DNA from: Cenarchaeum sp. | GTDB taxonomy: Archaea; Thermoproteota; Nitrososphaeria; Nitrososphaerales; Nitrosopumilaceae | NCBI GenBank assembly: GCA_965242695.1 | Contig: CBDESU010000002.1 | Coordinates: 480,001 to 544,000, forward strand | Direction of reading: 5' to 3' | DNA length: 64,000 nucleotides | Part shown: positions 9,002 to 17,678 of the stretch, piece after piece | How the letters are laid out: each line of letters begins with the position of its first letter | Position numbering within the stretch: the first letter of the stretch is position 1 | Made by a program: the position numbers and the translations under genes | Notes under the pieces: model-generated | Database searches by the model: none | The model's input: the letters and a program-made list of their open reading frames with translations, nothing else | What the model was told of the DNA's origin: nothing

Positions 9002-11788
9002 TCAGGGAAGCCACCCCCCGCCCCCAAGATGCCGCTCCGGTTCATCTGTCAAGAGATCCACGCTTCGGCTTTTCATGGCGTTGTCCGTTTCGCTCTTTCG
9101 ATCGTCTGTGGCTCGTCCTATTGGTCGCGGGCTGGGATTTAACGTAGGCCATTTTTTGTTTATGTACATTAACATCTCTCTTGGGCCATGTGCTCTGCAT
9201 GTGCTGCCCACCCTCACAAAAAACTCGTGCTTTCCTTCCAGCTCTTTCTTGAGCGTCACGGGTCCATCCTGAGACATACTGGCGGCACAGTGAAGAACAT
9301 CATGACCTCTGATCTCCACAATGTTGTAGTCAAAATAGCCGTAGCAATCGGCCCCCAAGTATTCTACTATGATGTCTGTCAGGCGTCGCAATGCGTCGTC
9401 CTTTTGTTTATGTGTCATCTTGTCGGCGCCGGGTGTAACTCCCACCACCTTGCCGTCGTCGTCAACGCCAATCAGCAGATGTCCCCCGTCCGTGTTCAAA
9501 AAGCTGCACAGTACTATAGCTATTTTTTCTGATATTTTTTTTGATCTGGCAGACCCTTCTAGATGCGGGGCAGGCCATGTTTTGAATTCTAGCACTTTAG
9601 ATTCGTTCTTGGACAGAAGGGACTCAACCAAGCGTGCTCGGTCGCCGCCGCGTGCAGGCCCTGGCGCAGGAGCGTATCGGCGATCCACGCGGCTCGTTGC
9701 GGCTTCCGTAGCAGGTGTAATCGAAGCGGCCGAAGCGTGCTTCCCCGCGCCGGTAGAAGTTGCCGCTCCTTGCGCCGCTGCGGTCCCAAGTTCCTCTCCC
9801 GCATAGTGTCCGATCGGCTTGTCTGCCAGTTTGAGTTCATCTAGGCAGGAGATGCGCCCTACGTATGCGTCGGAGTTGCCGGGGCTCAGTTCAAGCGCCC
9901 TGTCAAAGTGCGCAAGGGCCTCGCTGATCAGGTTCAGGCGCAGGAGAGAGAGGGCTTTGTTGTAGTGCGCGGCGGCGTTGCCGGGATCGATCCCGAGCGC
10001 CCTGTCAAAGTGCGCGAGGGCCTCGCAGTCCCTGCCCAGCTTTGCGAGCACGGTCCCCATGTTGTTGTATGCACCGGTGCTGCCGGGATCTAGACTAACG
10101 ACCTTTCTGTATTCTCCAAGCGCCCTGCGCAGGCGACCCGTCGACTGCAGGGACAGTGCTCGGTTGTAGCGCGGGACGGGCTGATTCGGATCGATTTGAA
10201 GCGCCTCGTCAAAACATGCAAGCGCCTCTTCGTGGCGGCCCAGGTCAACCAGTATGCCGCCCATGTTCGAGAGCGCGGGCTGGTCTCTAGGCTTTGCCGC
10301 TACGACCGCTTCACAGTGGGGCAGTGCTTCGGCAAAGCGGCCCAGATCGCGCAGCAGATAGGACATAAGTAGGTGGAAGTCCGTGCTGCTGGCGCCAAGA
10401 TCGACCGCCCGGCGGCAGTGCGCCAGAGCCTCTTCCTGGCGCCCCAGCTCGCGCAGGGAGAGCGCCGTGATAAAGTGCGGCCGGGAGTCACCAGAATCGA
10501 CCGCCATGGCCCGGTCGGACCACTTTATGACTTCCTCGTGCGATCTCAGCGCAAACAGCGCGGTTGTAATAGGGAGGTACGAGTCGATGCTGTCCGGCGC
10601 CGCCTCGACCGACTTGCAGGCAGCAGAGACCGCGTCTTCGTGGCGGCCCAACTTCGACAGGCATGCTACCACCCGCGCATGCGCAGCGGGGTTCTTCGGC
10701 GCCAACTTGGCCAACTGTTCTGCGTGCGGCAGGGCCTCTTCGTCGCGCCCCAATTGAAGCAACAAGTCAGACATGCTCTGGCGTGCTTCTATGTTGGCAG
10801 GATCGAGCCGTATAGCCCTCTGATAGTGGGACATAGCCTCAGTGTGGCGGCCGAGCCTGTTCAGAATTGCACCACGCACCATGTATGCTTGGGGGATGTA
10901 AGGCCCCTGTAGTACGGCGCGACTTGAATGCGGCAGGGCCTTTGCGTAGCGACCAAGCTTGTACAGGCAGTAGGCCATGGCGATGTAGCCGCTGGCGTCG
11001 GTGGGATCTACCCTAGTTGCCGCCCTGCAGTGCTTTAGCGCATCCTTGTGCCGTCCCATCTCTGCCAGTGACCGGGCCATCCTGAAATACAGGTCTACAG
11101 AGGGCGCGCCCAGCCCTGCGGCCGTCTTGTAGGCTGCATGTGCCTCTTTGTATTGGCCTTCCTTGAAGAGCTTGTCGCCGCCGTCTACGTATACTTGGCG
11201 CCTTGCCGCATCTACCCCGCTACGGGTGGGCGCCTGTTCTGCAGTCCAGCGCCCGTACTGGCCGCCCGACGGGGCCGCCTGCCGACCGCCCTTCAGGAGG
11301 GTCTCGTTGTGGATGTACAGGGGTTCATCCATGGTTAAGGGCTCTGCTTCATCCCACTTTGCCCTCCCTTGCGCGAGCTTGCGTCTCGAGTCAACCGGAA
11401 GCGCGTCCCACTTTTCCCTGATGCGGGTGCGGCCCCGCGGTGCGATCTCGAACCGAACGGCGGCCGGATCCCCGCCGTCCCCCGTCATCTTTACGCTGTT
11501 CGAAAAGGCCAAGTTGTCTAGGGCAAACTCGACGTCCTCGCTGCGCGGCCCGCCCGGCCCCTTCTCGAACGCGGCCGTCTCGACGTCCGGCCCGCCAAGC
11601 ACCCCCCTCAGGGCCAGGAGGACCTCGCCGGTCAGGCGGCCGAGGCCCTTGACGGGGCGGTCGCCGGCGTTCAGTACCAGCAGGACTACATCCTCGATCG
11701 TCAGCGACACGTCGACCGTGCGCCCAACGAACTCGTCGAACTCGCGCAGTGGAAGGGGCCCCTGGCGGCCCGCGCCGGAGCCCGTCAT
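9002..11788 (-). CDS. YwgA/SocA-like wHTH + TPR array + Schlafen AlbA_2 domain fusion
   Basis: ATG 11788 overlaps the upstream stop. N-term VVLLVLNAGDRPVKG...FEKGPGGPRSEDV. More than 12 TPRs (e.g. AYNNMGTVLAKLGRDCEALAHFDRALGIDPGN). C-term NESKVLEFK...CSFLNTDGGHLLIGVDDDGKVVG...FFVRVGSTC is AlbA_2-like. Confidence 0.88.
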   Translation of the reverse strand: MTGSGAGRQGPLPLREFDEFVGRTVDVSLTIEDVVLLVLNAGDRPVKGLGRLTGEVLLALRGVLGGPDVETAAFEKGPGGPRSEDVEFALDNLAFSNSVKMTGDGGDPAAVRFEIAPRGRTRIREKWDALPVDSRRKLAQGRAKWDEAEPLTMDEPLYIHNETLLKGGRQAAPSGGQYGRWTAEQAPTRSGVDAARRQVYVDGGDKLFKEGQYKEAHAAYKTAAGLGAPSVDLYFRMARSLAEMGRHKDALKHCRAATRVDPTDASGYIAMAYCLYKLGRYAKALPHSSRAVLQGPYIPQAYMVRGAILNRLGRHTEAMSHYQRAIRLDPANIEARQSMSDLLLQLGRDEEALPHAEQLAKLAPKNPAAHARVVACLSKLGRHEDAVSAACKSVEAAPDSIDSYLPITTALFALRSHEEVIKWSDRAMAVDSGDSRPHFITALSLRELGRQEEALAHCRRAVDLGASSTDFHLLMSYLLRDLGRFAEALPHCEAVVAAKPRDQPALSNMGGILVDLGRHEEALACFDEALQIDPNQPVPRYNRALSLQSTGRLRRALGEYRKVVSLDPGSTGAYNNMGTVLAKLGRDCEALAHFDRALGIDPGNAAAHYNKALSLLRLNLISEALAHFDRALELSPGNSDAYVGRISCLDELKLADKPIGHYAGEELGTAAAQGAATSTGAGKHASAASITPATEAATSRVDRRYAPAPGPARGGDRARLVESLLSKNESKVLEFKTWPAPHLEGSARSKKISEKIAIVLCSFLNTDGGHLLIGVDDDGKVVGVTPGADKMTHKQKDDALRRLTDIIVEYLGADCYGYFDYNIVEIRGHDVLHCAASMSQDGPVTLKKELEGKHEFFVRVGSTCRAHGPREMLMYINKKWPTLNPSPRPIGRATDDRKSETDNAMKSRSVDLLTDEPERHLGGGGWLP

Positions 11789-12258
11789 ATGCGGCTCAGC
11801 CCCCCGAGGGTGTAGCGGGACGCGCCGCCCTGCCCGCCGTCCCTCCTGACTAGCGGGCCGAACGTTCGCACGCCGCCGTGCACGAAGCATGCGATCAGCT
11901 CGTCCCCGTCGACGGACACCGACAGTGCGGATCGGCGGCCGCGAGCCCTCCTCACGACGGCGGTGCAGTGCCGGGCCAGAAGATCGCGGGCCGTCATGCC
12001 CCTGCCGTGGTAGCACTGGATCTGGAGGGCCGCGCGGCGCTCCACCTGCAGACCGGGCAGTAGGGTCCTGGCGTCCCTCCCCGTGTAGATGTACTCGATC
12101 ATGCACCCGTAGCACTTTAGGTACGTCTCGCCGCGGCCCGACAGCCGCAGGGTGGCCCCGATGCCGCCCGCACTGGCGCCCATCTCGACTCCCGCGAGCC
12201 ACGGCCCCCTTTCGACCGGGCGGCCGCCGCAAAAGGGGCACTGGTTCTGGAGGGCCAT
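11785..12258 (-). CDS. small CxxC zinc-ribbon protein
   Basis: MALQNQCPFCGG...LKCYGCMIEY; TTTATTA box at 12282-12288; ATGA overlap with the downstream gene. Confidence 0.7.
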   Translation of the reverse strand: MALQNQCPFCGGRPVERGPWLAGVEMGASAGGIGATLRLSGRGETYLKCYGCMIEYIYTGRDARTLLPGLQVERRAALQIQCYHGRGMTARDLLARHCTAVVRRARGRRSALSVSVDGDELIACFVHGGVRTFGPLVRRDGGQGGASRYTLGGLSRI

Positions 12259-12281
12259 GGAAGGGAGGCCGGAGGCCGGTG

Positions 12282-12288
12282 TAATAAA
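12282..12288 (-). promoter_or_regulatory. archaeal-type TATA box
   Basis: TTTATTA on the minus strand, 24-30 bp upstream of ATG 12258, in otherwise very GC-rich DNA. Confidence 0.6.
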
Positions 12289-12785
12289 GTGGGCCGGGCG
12301 GCAGCGCAAATGACGAGTTCGGCCGCTCGATGGCGTAAGGGCGCCACAGGGATGCGGCCGCCCTAGGCGGCTGTCGGGTGGACTCCAGCCGGGCACGGGC
12401 GGGGCGTCCGGCGGCAGGGGGATCAGGAATGGCCCGCCCGGCCGCGCACCGCTGCCGATCCGCGTTTTCGGCCGGCCCGAGCGGGAGCTGTTGAGGGCGA
12501 GGATGCGGAGAGAGAGGCCGCGGCCGCGCGCGACGGCGCAGAACGCAGGGTTCCTTGGCCGGCAGCGCGCCCCGTTAGGCCGCTGGACGCGACGCGCGCG
12601 GGGCGTCCCCTGCACGAGCCTGCGCGGCCGCCCCAGGCCCAAGACCCGCCCACGCCCGCACCGAAGGCCCGTGCCGTGAACGCCCCTGTCAAGCCGGGCC
12701 GCGGCGTCAGATTTGAACACCAGAGATGTGGCGGGACGCGGTGCCTTTTCCGGCATGCCGTGGCCATGACAGCCGCCTGCGACCT

Positions 12786-15700
12786 TCATTCGTCTCCGCT
12801 CCTGCCGCCGTTAGTCTCAATGCTGACCCTGTGTTTGATTGAGCCGTCGACAAGGCTGCATGCGGCCCACATGTCAAGCCAGCCCTCCCACTCGTCGTCG
12901 GTCGTCGCAAAATCGCCAAGCATGCGCTTGTTGGCTACCGCCCTCCACACTATTCCATATCCTCTTGCGCGCAGGAAATCCTCCATTGCGTCCCTCCTGA
13001 ACAGCAGCGCTGTGGGCCCGCACTCTGTGGCGCGGGGATCGCGGGCTATTGTCGCGCCGCTCTCGTCGCAAAAAACCCCCCTGCCGTCGTGCCTGAGGCG
13101 CAGGGCGTCCACAAGGAGCCCGCTCGGAACGCTGTGGTCGAAGTGAACGGCCGTTGAGTAGTCGTACTCGCCAAAGCGGGAAACCCTGACGTGCACGTTT
13201 GGGCATGCCATGACGGGGCCGCGCTTTCGCCCAACGAAAACCTCCCTCCAAGGTGAGCCCGGCTTTCCGGCCGGCATGCGGGAGCGTTCCGAGTTGTATA
13301 GCTCGCCTATGAAGGTGAGCCATGGCGCCTCGCTGTCGTGCGCGGCTCCCGTCCACGACTTGGGCGTGGACCATCGCTTGGCCAGTGCGTTCGCATCCCC
13401 GCTCTTGACCAGAAAGCTGTCCATGTAAAAGTCAAGCGATCGGTACGGCGTCGCGTGGACCTCCTGATCGCTGGGGATTCTGCGGTCTGGGTTGAAAAGC
13501 GTGCCGAGTACGAGCCACTCGGCGCCGTCGTCTCCGGCAATCGAGACCATCTTTTTGATGTCGGGAAGGTTCGTGCGCGAGTGTACCCACTCCGCATCGT
13601 CAAGATGCTCGTCCCAGCTGTGCCGGTATCCAATATAGGGCGCATCCATCTCGCCACGCCGTCCCGTGCAGGAGAACGGCCCAGAGAGGAGCTGCGAGGG
13701 ATCTATGTCCCTTCCGCGGTGCAGCTGCTGAGACGAGTGGTACGCGCCGAATCCCTGCAGGGGCGGATCGCCGTTGAACTCGTAGTTGTCGCACAGGCGT
13801 GCGAGCAGCTCGTGGTATGCGATCCACTGGTACTTTTTCCCCACCCGCTCGCGCCCCTCGCCGTGGGGGAACCACGGGTGGCGCCGTACCGCGCCGTCGT
13901 GCTCGCCAAACAGGTCGCTCTTCCAACCCAGCTCAAACACCCTCACCGCAATCCAGCGCGCGACATCCCGCGGATCAAAGCGCGGGCCAAAGGGTGCGTT
14001 CCCCTTCACGGGAAGGTCAAACCACGACAGTGCGCCTCCCAGCGCGGCTCGCTGTTCGGGATCCAACAGCCCCTCGAGCTTTTGCATCTGCAGCCTTGCA
14101 GCTTGTTCCAAGTCAAGTGCACGGGGCGGGGCCTGCCCGCCGCGGATCGGAGGCGGTGCCTCTTCCTCTTCGCGCCCCGCCTTCAGGTAAAGCAGGCGCA
14201 GCAGCTTCTCCCAGTGCGGTTTCTGCTTGGGGGTCATGCTCTGATGCAGTCTGGCGAGGGCCGTCGCCCGAGGCAGGCGGCCCGGCAGGAATGGAGTATC
14301 GGACCAGCTGGGATCCCTCATTCCCTTGTCCAAGATGTAGGTGTAGAAGTCGCCGTGTGTGCCCAGCGACAAAAAAAGCTTCGATGCACCGCGGCGTCTG
14401 GGATCCGTTGACGTGTTTTCAGCTTTCAGCCTGTCCACCTGCTCTTGGGTGGGAAACCGCCCGATCCAATCGCTAGAGTACGGCGGGGCGCATTTGTCGA
14501 GATCAACGCACGGCTTGCAGCCCCTGTGCAGCGCCTCGTCTATGATCAGGCGCGCATAGTCCCTGAGCAGGACGTCGGCGGGGGGACGGCCCTCTTTGAA
14601 CACGGCCTCGTACGTGTGCTGCGCAAGCCTTTCCAAGTCGGCATCCGATCTTGCGTACAGGGCGCATCCATAGGCAACGCAGTAGAGGCGCTCCATCACG
14701 TAGGGATCGTTGCACGCGGAGAACCTGTCAAGTATGCGGATCAGTACGTCCGTGTGGCCCGAGAGCAGCGACACCATGGCCTTGGTGGCCCCGTCCCGGA
14801 CGTTTCTGTTGTGGCACGCCAGGAACCACGCAAGCGCTATGCCGGCAAGCTCGACCACTTCCGGCCGGGCGGCAGACTTGTCGGCATCGCGGCCCCATGC
14901 AATGAGCCTGCGCACGACGCTGTCGTCCTCGTAGTAGTCCGAGTCCAGGAATACGGACCATGTGGCGTCCCTGTCTGCCATTGGGAGGGGCCTGAGGATC
15001 GCATCCAGGCGCTCGGCGTTGAGCCGGTGCGCGGGGACGGCGCAGACGGCGAGCAGCGATCTAAAGGCGGCGTGCGGCTCGATGCGGCGCTTCAGGCACT
15101 TGTCGACTAGGCCTGTGGCGTATGGGCCCACGCTGCGCGGGCTCCTCCAGGCTAGGCTCGCAAGGAACGGCCCATATAGTGCGCTAGCCGCATCGCTCGG
15201 TGCCACTTCGATCAGCTCCCTGCCGAATTTTTCTGGAATCTGGATCGAGAGCGCCTCGATCATGCCCCTGCGCCCCTGCATCCCTTTCAGGCACTTGCCC
15301 AGTCTGCCGCCGCCGGCAAGGAGGCCAGGCAGCTCGCCTGCCGTGGAGCCGGCCAGGGCGGACTGGATCACCAGGTTTTCCGCCAGCCGCTCGTAGGCAA
15401 ATCCGACTATGCGCCGCGGCCTGCCCTCGGCATGCGCGTAGTCTACGCTCAGCACACCCTCGCGAACCAGTAGCGACAGGAGGGACCTTGACTCGCCGGC
15501 CTCGGGGTGGATTTGTACGAGCCTGTCGTAGGCAACCTCGTAGTCTACGCGCCATGAGCCGCCGTCGATCATCAGTTCCGCAATCGCATCCACCGCCCTG
15601 CCGACCAGGAGCTTTTCCCGCGGGCGGTCCAGGTGGTCCGTTCCCGAGAGCTTTTCGTTGACCGAGTCTATGTACATGTTGTAGACCGACATTAGGGAGA

Positions 15701-17288
15701 ATTTGTCCTCTGGCATGCGAGTCAGGCCCATGTTTTTGAGGCCCTTGCACAGGGTGACAAGGAACAGCGGGTTTGAAAACTCCGGCGTCAGCAGGGGCAG
15801 GCCGGGCCTCTCGATCTTGTTTGCATCAAAGAGTGCCTGCACGGCCTTGTAGGTCAGGTCGCCAAACCCCGCATGCGTGATCGATGCCGCCTTGGCCGGC
15901 ACGATGCCGTCCGGGACCACAAGGTTTTCGTACGTAGTCCTGACGCTCAGCGCAATCGCGATCCAGGGATGGCGGCCCACTGCGTCAAGGAGCTCGGGCA
16001 GGTGCCTGGGCCAGACCGAGGGCCCCCCGCCCTCGTTGAGCGCGTCGACGAGTATGAGCGCCCGGGATCTGCTGGCCTCGCCGGCGGCGTCCAGCGCGGA
16101 CAGGAACTCGGACAGTGTCGTGTCCAGGTCAAGCTTGGTCCTGATTCTTTCTAGGGGGTCGCCGCCCTCAAAGTCCGAGCCGTGCAGCAGTATGGTGGGC
16201 ATCGCCTCCTTGCGCCGGCGCTCTGCCACATCGCAAAAGAGGTGGGTCTTGCCGGCCCCGGCGTCGCCGCGCACGACGAGGGCCTTTTTGCTCGCCGATT
16301 CGTACTCGCCGCTGCCGACCCTGGCGCCAAGGCCTAGCAGCAGGTGGCGGAGCTCGTTCAGGTGGTGCAGCTCGCCGCCGAACGGCCGCGGGGCGCTCCC
16401 TGACTGGGCTGTGCCGCCGCCGCCTGCAGGCTCGCTACGCATCTCGCGCAGGCTGTCGATGATCTTCCGCACTAGTTCATCGGCTGTGGAAGAGGACTTG
16501 GCGATCGCACGGTAGTCTAGGGGATCGGCCGGCGACTCCCCCGCGGCCACGGCGCCGGCTATTGCGCGGGCCTTGGCGCCGAGGGACTCCAGATCGCCCG
16601 CTGCGTGCTCGCGGGCGCCCGGCGTGGAGGCCCTGTGGCAGTGCGTCTTGATCCGGTTGGCCGCCTCCCGCAGCGCCTTGCGGAATTCGGGGGTCCGGCA
16701 GAGGCACTCGAACGCAAACGAGACGGGCAGGTCCACGTGCATCTCGGGAGTGTAGCGGGGTCCCGCCCTTTCGATGGCGGTTGCAAGGTTTCTTTCAAAC
16801 CAGGCGGCGGACAGGTACTCCTTATCGAAAAAGTACCTGCGGCGGCCCGTATGCTCTGGTCGGTTCAGCCTTTCGTCGATCTCGGCCGATCCCCAGAACT
16901 CGACGTCCATGCCCGTTTCTTCCCTCCATGCCGCCGTCCACTCGCCCCACTTGTCACGAAATTTCTTGTCACGCCCTTGCCTCTGGTTGACAGGGAGGCA
17001 CACGATATATTTTGTCATGCTCGGGTGGGCCTCATGGGCTTTCCTTATCGATCTGTCGATCTGCTTCTTTTGTGTACTCTGTACTCCTTTTTTGTGGAAC
17101 TTGGCCTGCCAGCCAATCTCGGTTCCGTCTGGCATTATCCAAAAACACTCCACCCCTCCATCCGGCGGGTCCAGCCTTACAAATTTGGTTCCGTTAACAG
17201 CTTTTTCACGCGCCGCCAGCTGGCAACACAACTCCTCAAAGCTTTCCTGCTGGCTTGGGTCGGGCCTTAGCTTGTCCCAGTCTATCAA
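12786..17288 (-). CDS. Avs (AVAST)-like STAND NTPase with N-terminal Mrr-like PD-(D/E)XK nuclease
   Basis: Probable TTG start at 17288 (MIDWDKLRP). FEELCCQL...DGGVEC...IGWQAKF nuclease motif; Walker A VRGDAGAGKTHL; Walker B ILVDALNE; FSNPLFL; FAYERL; long helical C-terminus including ERVGKKYQWIAYHELL. Confidence 0.85.
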   Translation of the reverse strand: MIDWDKLRPDPSQQESFEELCCQLAAREKAVNGTKFVRLDPPDGGVECFWIMPDGTEIGWQAKFHKKGVQSTQKKQIDRSIRKAHEAHPSMTKYIVCLPVNQRQGRDKKFRDKWGEWTAAWREETGMDVEFWGSAEIDERLNRPEHTGRRRYFFDKEYLSAAWFERNLATAIERAGPRYTPEMHVDLPVSFAFECLCRTPEFRKALREAANRIKTHCHRASTPGAREHAAGDLESLGAKARAIAGAVAAGESPADPLDYRAIAKSSSTADELVRKIIDSLREMRSEPAGGGGTAQSGSAPRPFGGELHHLNELRHLLLGLGARVGSGEYESASKKALVVRGDAGAGKTHLFCDVAERRRKEAMPTILLHGSDFEGGDPLERIRTKLDLDTTLSEFLSALDAAGEASRSRALILVDALNEGGGPSVWPRHLPELLDAVGRHPWIAIALSVRTTYENLVVPDGIVPAKAASITHAGFGDLTYKAVQALFDANKIERPGLPLLTPEFSNPLFLVTLCKGLKNMGLTRMPEDKFSLMSVYNMYIDSVNEKLSGTDHLDRPREKLLVGRAVDAIAELMIDGGSWRVDYEVAYDRLVQIHPEAGESRSLLSLLVREGVLSVDYAHAEGRPRRIVGFAYERLAENLVIQSALAGSTAGELPGLLAGGGRLGKCLKGMQGRRGMIEALSIQIPEKFGRELIEVAPSDAASALYGPFLASLAWRSPRSVGPYATGLVDKCLKRRIEPHAAFRSLLAVCAVPAHRLNAERLDAILRPLPMADRDATWSVFLDSDYYEDDSVVRRLIAWGRDADKSAARPEVVELAGIALAWFLACHNRNVRDGATKAMVSLLSGHTDVLIRILDRFSACNDPYVMERLYCVAYGCALYARSDADLERLAQHTYEAVFKEGRPPADVLLRDYARLIIDEALHRGCKPCVDLDKCAPPYSSDWIGRFPTQEQVDRLKAENTSTDPRRRGASKLFLSLGTHGDFYTYILDKGMRDPSWSDTPFLPGRLPRATALARLHQSMTPKQKPHWEKLLRLLYLKAGREEEEAPPPIRGGQAPPRALDLEQAARLQMQKLEGLLDPEQRAALGGALSWFDLPVKGNAPFGPRFDPRDVARWIAVRVFELGWKSDLFGEHDGAVRRHPWFPHGEGRERVGKKYQWIAYHELLARLCDNYEFNGDPPLQGFGAYHSSQQLHRGRDIDPSQLLSGPFSCTGRRGEMDAPYIGYRHSWDEHLDDAEWVHSRTNLPDIKKMVSIAGDDGAEWLVLGTLFNPDRRIPSDQEVHATPYRSLDFYMDSFLVKSGDANALAKRWSTPKSWTGAAHDSEAPWLTFIGELYNSERSRMPAGKPGSPWREVFVGRKRGPVMACPNVHVRVSRFGEYDYSTAVHFDHSVPSGLLVDALRLRHDGRGVFCDESGATIARDPRATECGPTALLFRRDAMEDFLRARGYGIVWRAVANKRMLGDFATTDDEWEGWLDMWAACSLVDGSIKHRVSIETNGGRSGDE

Positions 17289-17678
17289 GCCGTGATCACC
17301 CCTTGTGGGAGGAGCGGCGGCTGGATGATGCCGCGCCAGCGCGGTCGTCGCCGTCCCCAAGGAGGGCCACATCAGCGCGCGGTACAGCCCCGATGCCAGT
17401 GGTGGGCACGACGGAGTGTGAACGGGCAGGGAGCCGCGCGCGGTGGCTCGATCCAGACTGCCTGCGTTGGCGGGAATGGCATCCTCGGTACGGGGGCTGG
17501 CAGGCCACTGCGACCCCGCCAAAGGCGCGACATCCGGAGCGCGGGCAGGCAAGATCAAAGGGAATGAGCTCGCAAGTGTCAACGCAGAGCCCGACTGCGC
17601 AGTAGAAGGGGTGCGATGCCGGAGCCGCACACGGTTTGCCGCGGAGATGTGCCCGCAATGATGACAAGCGTCGCGGCA

